64,000 nucleotides of DNA. Origin: an uncultured delta proteobacterium. Lineage in GTDB: Bacteria > Desulfobacterota > Binatia > UBA9968. Below are positions 56,722-64,000 of this stretch, in pieces (the first letter of the stretch is position 1; each line of letters begins with the position of its first letter). The position numbers were made by a program, and so were the translations under genes. The stretch covers positions 59,508 through 123,507 of the forward strand of contig CAWJZV010000003.1 in NCBI GenBank assembly GCA_963847445.1, written 5' to 3'. A model generated the notes under the pieces. The model was not told the origin of the DNA. It was given only the letters and a program-made list of their open reading frames with translations, and searched no databases.

Positions 56722-56858
56722 CCGTCATACCGGCGAAGACCGGCATCCAGGTGACGGACAGCGTCCGTCATACCGTTGAAGAACGGTATCCAGGTGGATG
56801 ATGGGTGTGGATTCCGGCCCCGTATCCAGTACGGGGCAAGCTCTGCGCCGGAATGACG
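56722..56858. repeat. Composite CGTC-type REP cluster, inverse of 20881-21021
   Basis: ccgtcataccgttgaagaacggtatccaggtggatgatgggtgtggattccggc...gccggaatgacg. Confidence 0.8.
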
Positions 56859-56896
56859 AAAATACGAAATGACTGCTAGCTTACTCCACGGGTAGT

Positions 56897-57761
56897 TTAG
56901 TTTCGCCCCGTTAGCTTTCTGCCTTGATCCAAGACGCCGAAGCTGCGCGGCGATGACGGCATGAGGAAACGAAAGCCGTCCTTTACCAAGCGCTCGATGT
57001 TTTTGCCGTCGGGGTGCGGGATGGCCGCAGGGGACGTTGTGTTCTTTGCAGATTTTCAAAATATTATTAATCGCGTCGGCGACCACGGGATGGTCGTAGT
57101 CGCGCGGGTGGCCGAGCTCCTGGCTCAAGTCGCCTTCGCCGATCAGGACCACGCCGATGCCGGGGACTTCTTTTAAAATCTTCGGCAGGTTTTCGATGGC
57201 GCGCATCTCTTCGCATTGGATGACGACCAGGACTTCGCCGTCGGGCGCCAGCGGCCAGACATCGGCGCGCTTGTAATATTCCTGCTGCGGCAATCCCCAA
57301 TAGCGCGCGGCGCGCGCCGGCGCGTCGCCGCGAATGCCCGGCGGATGATATCTCGGCGCGCTCTTGAGTCGCGGATAGCGGCAGGCGCCGACGGCGTTGG
57401 CGGCTTCTTCGACGGAGCTGACATGGGGAAAGATGATGCCCATGACGCCGATGTCGAGGACTTGCTTGGCGATCCAGCTGTTCATTTCAATGCCGTTGGG
57501 CGGCACGCGCACCATCGGCGTGACCGCGGGCGCGAGGGTGCCGCCGGCGACGATCTGGCCGCGGTCGAGCATGAATTGCAGCGCATTGCGCAGGCCGGGG
57601 AAATCGAGCGGCGCATGTTCCATTTCAAAGGCGACGCCGTCGAGCTTGGTGCCCGCCATGGCGACGGCACTCTCTATATCTACCGGTGTGAAGGCGACGA
57701 AGGCGGTCTGGCCTTGTTCGAGGGCTTTGATTACGCCGTTTAGGCGGGGTATCTCTGACAT
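56897..57761 (-). CDS. HpcH/HpaI-family aldolase; frameshift near 57015
   Basis: FEMEH, PMVRVP, KQVLDIG, CRYP, QCEE, LIGEGDLS; corrected C-terminus ...DGFRFLMP...TGRN*. Confidence 0.88.
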
Positions 57762-57782
57762 AATGTTATAACTCCTTGAAGG

Positions 57783-58023
57783 CGTTCAAATCGTTCAAAA
57801 GGTTCAAGCCGTTCAAAACGTAAAACACCGGAATGGCCTGGCAGAGAAGTTTTGATCTCTCCGTGAAAGCTTGGTATAGCAAAGCGGTTTGAAGCTGACA
57901 ATCCGTGCGATTGAAGTCTTGTATCTTGAAGTTCACTAGGAAGGATCCGATCCGACAGCGCTGTCCCGCTCTGCAACGTTTTGAACGGAGCGCAGCGGTT
58001 GAACGACTTGAACGTTTTGAACC
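57783..58023. repeat. GTTCAA and TTGAAC 9-bp arrays bracketing a divergent promoter region
   Basis: cgttcaaat cgttcaaaa ggttcaagc cgttcaaaa at 57783-57819; ttgaac units at 57980-58023. Confidence 0.8.
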
Positions 58024-58038
58024 TTTCGGAGGTTTGCT

Positions 58039-59040
58039 ATGATCATCGACTCACACACGCACTTCACCACCGCGCCGCCGCAGCTGCAGGCGTACCGCGG
58101 CCAGCAGATCAGCAATCTTGCCAAGCCGATTCGCGCCAAGCTGCAAATCAGCGACGAAGAACTGGCGCGCTCCATGGCGGGGCAGTTCAAACGGATGGAG
58201 GAGTGCGGCATCGACCGGCTGTTGTTTTCGCCGCAGGCCGGCGCCATGGGCCATCACTTCGGCTCGCCGCTGGTGAGCCGCTACTGGACCGAGGCGTGCA
58301 ACGATTTGATCGCGCGGGTCGCCAAGACCTGGCCCGACAAAGTCTCGCCGGTGTGCCAACTGCCGCAGTCGCCGGGCGTGAGCCCCAAAGAATGGGCCGA
58401 CGAACTGGACCGCTGCGTCAAGGACTTGGGTTTCATCAGCTGCAACGTCAATCCCGATGTCGCCGGCGGAAAAGAACCGCTGACGCCGTCCATGGGCAGC
58501 GAGTGGTGGTATCCGCTGTGGGAGAAGATGGTGGCGCTCGACGTGCCGTGCACGGTGCATGCGAGCGCGTCGCTGAATCCGGCGATGCATCTGACCAATT
58601 CCTATTACATCGCCCATCACCATTCCGCCGCGGTGGAGATTCTCAAGTCGCGGGTGTTCAAGGATTTCCCCAAGCTGAAAATCATCATCCCCCATGGCGG
58701 CGGGGCGATCCCGTATCAGTGGAACCGCCAGCGCGGCCTGCATGTCCGGGAAGGATTGGAACCTTTCGAAGAGGCGGCGCGCCGAGTTTATTGGGACATG
58801 GCGATCTACGACAAAGAGTCGATGGAGCTGTTGATCAAGCGGGTCGGCGCCGATCGCGTCCTGTTCGCCACCGAAATGTTCGGCGCGGTCAACGCCGTCG
58901 ATCCCGAGACCGGTCGAAACTTCGAAGATCTTGTGCCGATCTTCAAGTCCGTCGAGGGATTGAGCGAGCAGGATCGTTATAATATCACCGAGGGCAATGC
59001 GCGCACAGTGTTTTCGCGGCTGTTTACCGAGAAAAAGTGA
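58039..59040 (+). CDS. Amidohydrolase-2 family protein, LigJ-like (4-oxalomesaconate hydratase family)
   Basis: MIIDSHTHFTTAP, MGHH, QLPQSPG, NVNPD, PHGGGAIPYQW, LFATEMFGAV. Confidence 0.85.
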   Translation: MIIDSHTHFTTAPPQLQAYRGQQISNLAKPIRAKLQISDEELARSMAGQFKRMEECGIDRLLFSPQAGAMGHHFGSPLVSRYWTEACNDLIARVAKTWPDKVSPVCQLPQSPGVSPKEWADELDRCVKDLGFISCNVNPDVAGGKEPLTPSMGSEWWYPLWEKMVALDVPCTVHASASLNPAMHLTNSYYIAHHHSAAVEILKSRVFKDFPKLKIIIPHGGGAIPYQWNRQRGLHVREGLEPFEEAARRVYWDMAIYDKESMELLIKRVGADRVLFATEMFGAVNAVDPETGRNFEDLVPIFKSVEGLSEQDRYNITEGNARTVFSRLFTEKK

Positions 59041-59061
59041 AGGCTTCGCGCTTGAAATGAA

Positions 59062-59345
59062 GAACCTCGCCGCAAGCAGCGGGGTATGAAGAAAACGCAC
59101 TTCGGGTGAACTGTAGGGTGGGTGGAGGCGCAAAGCGCCGATACCCACCGTTCGGAATGATGGGTATCGCTACCGCTCCACCCATCCTACATCGGAATCG
59201 TAGCGCAGCAAGCTGGGGCGGAATTAACCGCAGCGATTAAATCGGCTGTCTTGGAATTGATGGTGTCATCCTGAGCTGTGCGAAGGATCTTGTCTTCACT
59301 GTTACATAGGAAATCGAGGTTCCTCGCCTTTGGCTGAGAATGACA
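59062..59345. repeat. Three stacked palindromic repeats of different families
   Basis: cctcgccgcaagcagcgggg; GTAG REP doublet 59112-59191; tgtcatcctgag...gagaatgaca 59263-59345. Confidence 0.8.
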
Positions 59346-59385
59346 GCGCGTGCGTTTTCGCCGTTTAAATATCCGGTGTTCGGTC

Positions 59386-59817
59386 ATGACCACGCGAGCA
59401 AAGTCATTACTCGCACTACTGTTATCGATGCTCCTGCCCGGACTGGGGCAAATCTATAATCAAGAACAGAAAAAAGGCTGGGTGATTTTTGCCTGCTGCT
59501 TGGTTCTGGGCATCGCTACTTTTTGGCTCACTGGTTTCAACGCTATTACCGCCGCGCTGGCTCTGCTGCTCCTCTGGTTGAGCGCCATCATCGACGCTTA
59601 CAAAGTCGCTAAGTCTGCCGGCCACGCAGCGGAGTTTTATTACGCTAAGAGTTATGTGGTCGCCATGCTGCTGTTGGTCGGGCCGCTCGCGTTGCCGCTA
59701 CTCTGGCAGAGTCCGAACTTTTCGAGCACAGCGCGGTGGCTATGGACGGTGATCGTGGTCGGCGCTGCGCTGCTGTTTGTCGTGACGCCCTATCTGTTGC
59801 AGTCGTTACTCGTGTAG
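59386..59817 (+). CDS. Membrane protein (DUF5683/TM2-like N-terminus)
   Basis: LLSMLLPGLGQIYN..KKG, SAIIDAY, PLLWQSPNFS. Confidence 0.75.
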   Translation: MTTRAKSLLALLLSMLLPGLGQIYNQEQKKGWVIFACCLVLGIATFWLTGFNAITAALALLLLWLSAIIDAYKVAKSAGHAAEFYYAKSYVVAMLLLVGPLALPLLWQSPNFSSTARWLWTVIVVGAALLFVVTPYLLQSLLV

Positions 59818-59847
59818 AGGCTGCAAGCGTGCGACTAGTTAAATGTC

Positions 59848-59935
59848 TCAGCGCGGCCAGCCATGTTGCGATAGATCGATGGGATTGCCGTCCGGGTCGA
59901 GGATACGGTATTCGGCTTCGCGGTTGGGCGGGCGT
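59848..59935 (-). repeat. Orphan copy of the VOC gene 3' end (direct repeat of 60889-60976)
   Basis: 81/88 nt identical by manual alignment; encodes RPPNREAEYRILDPDGNPIDLSQHGWPR*. Confidence 0.92.
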
Positions 59936-60015
59936 CAGGCTGGACGGACAGGAAGAATCGGCTAGCTCGCTCGCCCCCGTTTCTCGGCGGGCTCAGGCTT
60001 CTGCGGGCGTCGCGC

Positions 60016-60861
60016 TTACAAGTTTTTGTCAAAAAAATTTCTCACCCGGCTCTGGTAATCGGCAGCTAGCTGACCATGGGCAAATTCTTCGTGAAACCAA
60101 AATTCGGCGCGGGGATTGTTTTTCAGCGCTTCTTGCAACGACCGCGCGTGGGAAAACGGTATCACGGCATCCGCCGACGAATGGATCAAGAGAATCGGCA
60201 CCTTAGTATGGCGCACTCGTTCGGCTGGCGAGGCATCTCTTAGGTCGATGCCAAGAAAAAGCTTGGACCATAAACCGACAAGATAGGCGATGGGATAGTT
60301 GAGCACGGGAATTCTGAACAGCTCCAAAGCCATGTGCGCGAGGCTGCTGTAGCTCGATTCGGCAACGACCGCTTTGATCTCGGGAGCTTTCTCGATGGCC
60401 ATCAAAGCCACAGCGCCGCCCATGGAAAATCCCCACACGCCCACTTCTTTGACGCCTCTGGTTTTGAGAAATTGCACGGCCGCCAGGAGATCCTCGACCT
60501 CTTTGGCGCCGGCTGTGGAATAGCTCCCTTCGCTTTGACCGAGATAGCGGAAATCGAACAACAGCAGGTTGAAATCGCCATGCAGAAACGCCAACGCAGG
60601 CAAGATGTTTCCCTTATCCGCAGGATAGCCATGGAGCAGGATCAAGGTCTTGTCGGTGGTTTTAGCGGATGGGATATGCCAGCCGCGCAGCAGGAGACCG
60701 TCCGCGGTTTTGAACGAGACGTCCTCATGATTCATTTTTAAGTCGCGCGGGGTGAGCGACGATATAATCTTCGGTGGGCGAATCGAAGTATAAAAACCCC
60801 AAAGGCTGATGACCAACAGAAATCCTGAGACGATAAGAACAACGCGGAGGGTGGCGCTCAC
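60016..60861 (-). CDS. Membrane-anchored alpha/beta hydrolase
   Basis: N-terminal TM, LLHGY, DFRYLGQSEG, GFSMGG nucleophile elbow, HSSADAVIP, FAHG. Confidence 0.9.
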   Translation of the reverse strand: MSATLRVVLIVSGFLLVISLWGFYTSIRPPKIISSLTPRDLKMNHEDVSFKTADGLLLRGWHIPSAKTTDKTLILLHGYPADKGNILPALAFLHGDFNLLLFDFRYLGQSEGSYSTAGAKEVEDLLAAVQFLKTRGVKEVGVWGFSMGGAVALMAIEKAPEIKAVVAESSYSSLAHMALELFRIPVLNYPIAYLVGLWSKLFLGIDLRDASPAERVRHTKVPILLIHSSADAVIPFSHARSLQEALKNNPRAEFWFHEEFAHGQLAADYQSRVRNFFDKNL

Positions 60862-60888
60862 AAAAAACTCATGGGTGTGGAAAATCCG

Positions 60889-61257
60889 TCAATGCGGCCA
60901 GCCATGCTGCGATAGATCGATGGGATTGCCGTCGGGGTCGAGGACGCGGTATTCGGCTTCGCGGTTGGGCGGCCGTTTCTTGACGTCCGTCGCCGCGCTC
61001 AGTCCCTTACAAGCCTCGCGCACGGCGGTGACATCTTCGACTTCGAAGCCGAAGTGGTTGATGCCGGTCTGAAGCTGCGGCCCTTCGATCTCCCGTTCCG
61101 GTCCGATGGGGATGATCGCCAAGTTGATATGGCCGTCGGTGAGATAGGTCGCCGTGCCGACGCCGTGAACGATCTTCAGGCCAAAGCCCTCGGTGTAAAA
61201 CTTCACCAGCTTGTCCACGTCTTCGGTGAGTATCGCGATATGACGGATGCGTGCCAT
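60889..61257 (-). CDS. VOC/glyoxalase family protein
   Basis: IRHIAI, FYTEGFGL, GINHFGFEV, DPDGNPIDL. Confidence 0.92.
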   Translation of the reverse strand: MARIRHIAILTEDVDKLVKFYTEGFGLKIVHGVGTATYLTDGHINLAIIPIGPEREIEGPQLQTGINHFGFEVEDVTAVREACKGLSAATDVKKRPPNREAEYRVLDPDGNPIDLSQHGWPH

Positions 61258-61367
61258 GAGGAGCCTCCTTAATTTCGGATTTTCTCCCGCAAAGGCGCTA
61301 AGCTCGCAAAGGTCGGAAGCGATAAACTTAGTAGCCAGCGGTCACTTCGCATTCAGAACTTCAAACT

Positions 61368-61449
61368 CTTCGGCAAATTTCTCCTGCTTCAACCTCTCGA
61401 TGATCGAGCCGTCGGCGAACTCTTTGGGGTCGCGCTTTGGCGCGTCGGG
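61368..61449 (-). repeat. Orphan copy of the SBP gene 3' end (direct repeat of 63464-63545)
   Basis: 80/82 nt identical; encodes PDAPKRDPKEFADGSIIERLKQEKFAE. Confidence 0.93.
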
Positions 61450-61512
61450 AATCATGGAATCTGCAATGCCAAAAGAGTTTTCACACGCCGGCTGCAAGCC
61501 GCATCGCTCCTG

Positions 61513-61948
61513 CTATCGTCGCTTGGCCCCTCGCGTGCCGTGAATCGCGGGGAAACCGTCAGGATTCGGATCGTCGGCGCGGCGTAGAATAGCGACGCGC
61601 TGCTTCATCGCGGCGATCTCAGCGCTCTGTGAAGCGATGATCTCCTCGGCGAGCCGGCGGGTCAGCGGGTCTTTCCCGTGAATCAGCACCAAGCGCGCCA
61701 TTTCTACCGCTCCTTCGTGGTGCGGGATCATCATCGACAGGAAATCAACGTCGGGATTGCCGGTGTATCCGGGAGCGTGCATGTCGTTCATCATTTTTTT
61801 CATGCCCGCATCCATTTCGCGCGCGAAGAGCTGCGTGCCCGCGGCAAGCTGGGCACTCTGGAGATTCCACGCTGCCGTGTTGATGCTGCGCGTAAGCGAG
61901 CTGCGCCATCGCGCCCAGGAGCGCGAGGGTCACGATCGTCGTTCTCAT
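61513..61948 (-). CDS. Secreted DUF305 (CopM-like) metal-binding protein; frameshift near 61840
   Basis: Signal peptide then QHQH; MKKMMNDM, DVDFLSMMIPHHEGAVEMA, IIASQSAEI. Confidence 0.88.
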
Positions 61949-61960
61949 ACAGTCCCCCCT

Positions 61961-63323
61961 CTAGGCGGTTTGGCTACGGGCGCCCGGGCGCACGTAAACG
62001 AGGTTGATGCTTTTCTTATTGCGCAGCTTGCCGGACGGGAGCGTAAGCTCGCCGAGAGGGATTTGCGCGATGAAACTTGGTTTGAGGGGGTCGCTGACAT
62101 CGAAAGCAGTGCAAACCGTCTGCCCGGCGTTCGGCGTATTGGGCAGTTCATCTTGTTCGTGGGCGATGTAGAGCAGCGTGTTTTCGGGGTTAGTCCACAT
62201 GCCAATGGGCTTCCCGCCCTTGGCTGAAAAAATTAGCGACGACCTTGCGGCTGCCCGGCGCCGCCGAGCGATCGACGATCGCAATCTGGCTCGACGCCGC
62301 TCCGCCGGGGCCGCCGTCGTCCACGCGGGCGAGCGACGCATAGACAACTTTACCTTTGGCATTCTCCACGAATTCAACGTGGTTGGGCCGGGCAAGCTTG
62401 CCGAGAGGAACGGTATCGACCAGCTTTGGCTCTTGAGTGACGGACCAGACCGACACGGCGTCGGCGAGCTTGTGCGACAGCCATACACTTTTGCCATCCG
62501 GCGGGGTCTTTTGAAACGGAGTGAAGGCGAAAGGGTCTTGTGCCTTGATATCGAGAAGCGCGCGGCGCTTTGGACGGCTGAAACCATCACGGCCGAAGTT
62601 GGCGTCAAATACTTCGAGTTGAGAAGCTTTCTGCGACACCACGAATGCGAGCTTGCCGTCTGCCGAGAACCAGACCTGGGCCGGACCGTTTAAACAGTTC
62701 ACGTACATTCGCACGGCGCGGGATGCCACGCCGCGGGATTCTTTGATCGCGTTCGCCGTATCGAGAATGGCGATACGATTTTCGCCGCGGACCGTCACCC
62801 AGATTTCCTTGCCATTGCGGCTAAAGGTCGGTTCGTGGCTCGCGACCGACCATGACCCCGCTGGTTATGCGCTCGGCGTTGGTCTGCTCATTCGCTTGTG
62901 GGTTTGGCGTATTGCCGATGACTTTCATCGTTTCGAGATCGATCAGATAAACGTTGCTCGTGCCGCGCCCGGTGCAGGCCAAAAGCTTATTATCCGGCGA
63001 TGGCGCGGCGCCGTGAATGTTGATGGCGCCGTGATACAACGGCTTGGTCACCATTGCGTAGGTGAGACGGAGTGACTCCTCCCGTAACCAGCCGGAACGG
63101 CGGGCGCGGGTCTTCGTCAAACGATGTGAGATTGATCGTCGCGGCAACCGTGTTCGTGTTTGGATCGATCACACTGAGCGTGTTGGAATCTTCGTTACAG
63201 ATGACTTGGTTCGGCGCTTGTGCCGACTGTGCCCTGACCCATTGCCCGGTCCAATGGAAACGCTGCCAGCGCCGCCGCTGCGCTAACCTTGGTAATGAAT
63301 TCGCGTCGGGTCCAGTCCGTCAT
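61961..63323 (-). CDS. Tat-exported YncE/YVTN-like beta-propeller; several frameshifts
   Basis: MTDWTRREFI Tat signal after ggagagg; NEDSNTLSVIDP, INIHGAAPSPD, GREP, RPNHVEF, GREAH-GMW blades. Confidence 0.8.
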
Positions 63324-63449
63324 CGTATCCTCTCCTAAGTGTCTTAAGATTGGCGCTGTTTAGCCAACTGCCAACAAAATCACGTCCTGCGTAACGTTAC
63401 TAACATCGAGATCCAATTGACTCAAGGAAATGATGGGATTTGGCTTGCG

Positions 63450-64000
63450 TTAATACTTTAACCCTTCGGCAAATTTCTCCTGCTTCAATCTCTCGATGAT
63501 CGAGCCGTCGGCGAACTCCTTGGGGTCGCGCTTTGGCGCGTCGGGGTATTCTTTGCCGAAGTTTTCGAGGATGACTTTGAGTCCTTCCCAAGTCGGCGCC
63601 ATGTAGTCGGGCATCAGCGAGGAGACGAAGTCGAATTCTGTCGCGATCAATTTGGGGTCGGTGATCTTCATGTACTTGGCGATGGTGCGTTCGCTGTCGG
63701 CGCGGTTGCGTTTCAACGGCACGACCGCCTCGGTGGCGCATTTCATGTAGCGGTAGGCGAGCTCGCGATTTTTCAGCAACCAGCCTTCTTCGACCACCAC
63801 CGAAGTCCACGGGAAAGGGATCGCCATCTGCTGGGCAGTCGACAGGACGCGGAAACCCAGTGCGCGCGCGTTGTCGGTGGCGGCGGCGCCGAGGAAGGTG
63901 AATTGGATCGTGCCGGTCTTTAAAGCCGCGACGCGGCTGGAGTCGCCGCCCATTTGCAACATCTTCAAATCGCGCTCGACGTTCAAGCCATTTTTACGAA
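63450..64000 (-). CDS. NMT1/THI5-like ABC substrate-binding protein, 5' part outside the window
   Basis: ERDLKMLQMGGDSSRVAALKTG, PKEFADGSIIERL. Confidence 0.85.
   Translation of the reverse strand, partial: RKNGLNVERDLKMLQMGGDSSRVAALKTGTIQFTFLGAAATDNARALGFRVLSTAQQMAIPFPWTSVVVEEGWLLKNRELAYRYMKCATEAVVPLKRNRADSERTIAKYMKITDPKLIATEFDFVSSLMPDYMAPTWEGLKVILENFGKEYPDAPKRDPKEFADGSIIERLKQEKFAEGLKY

Noticed and set aside
59848-63545. The two near-identical repeat pairs as DGR template/variable repeats
   Set aside because: Mismatches are not confined to adenines, are largely synonymous, and there is no reverse transcriptase in the window.

Overview
High-GC (about 60%) bacterial chromosome. Gene content suggests a deltaproteobacteria-like organism, possibly Candidatus Binatia (inference). 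Many conserved genes, including essential ones, are broken by single-base indels, which most likely reflects an unpolished long-read assembly rather than pseudogenisation. Layout: dcw cluster (murE-murF-mraY-murD-ftsW-murG-murC-murB-ftsQ-ftsA-ftsZ, 1-12.6 kb); housekeeping genes (ddl, LivK-like SBP, HtrA, acpS, mtnA, glutamate-cysteine ligase, nagZ, dNK, panB/panC, smpB, tmRNA, 13-26.4 kb); an accessory stretch after tmRNA (26.4-40 kb); rnr, AsmA, a paa-like beta-oxidation operon, TetR, Prx, VIT1, nfo and DUF885 (40-56 kb); aromatic-catabolism genes and small inserted cassettes (56-64 kb). Best leads: (1) a 61-aa peptide with a central WIKDPVP motif directly upstream of a cobalamin-dependent radical SAM enzyme (candidate minimal RiPP or peptide-modification system); (2) a GAPDH paralogue lacking the catalytic Cys, translationally coupled to an intact GAPDH; (3) two adjacent cargo insertions, each followed by a leftover 82-88 bp copy of the 3' end of the upstream gene; (4) a secreted protein made of two subtilisin-propeptide-like domains with no protease domain; (5) a terminator/antiterminator leader before panB; (6) several families of intergenic palindromic repeats and inverted short-tandem arrays.
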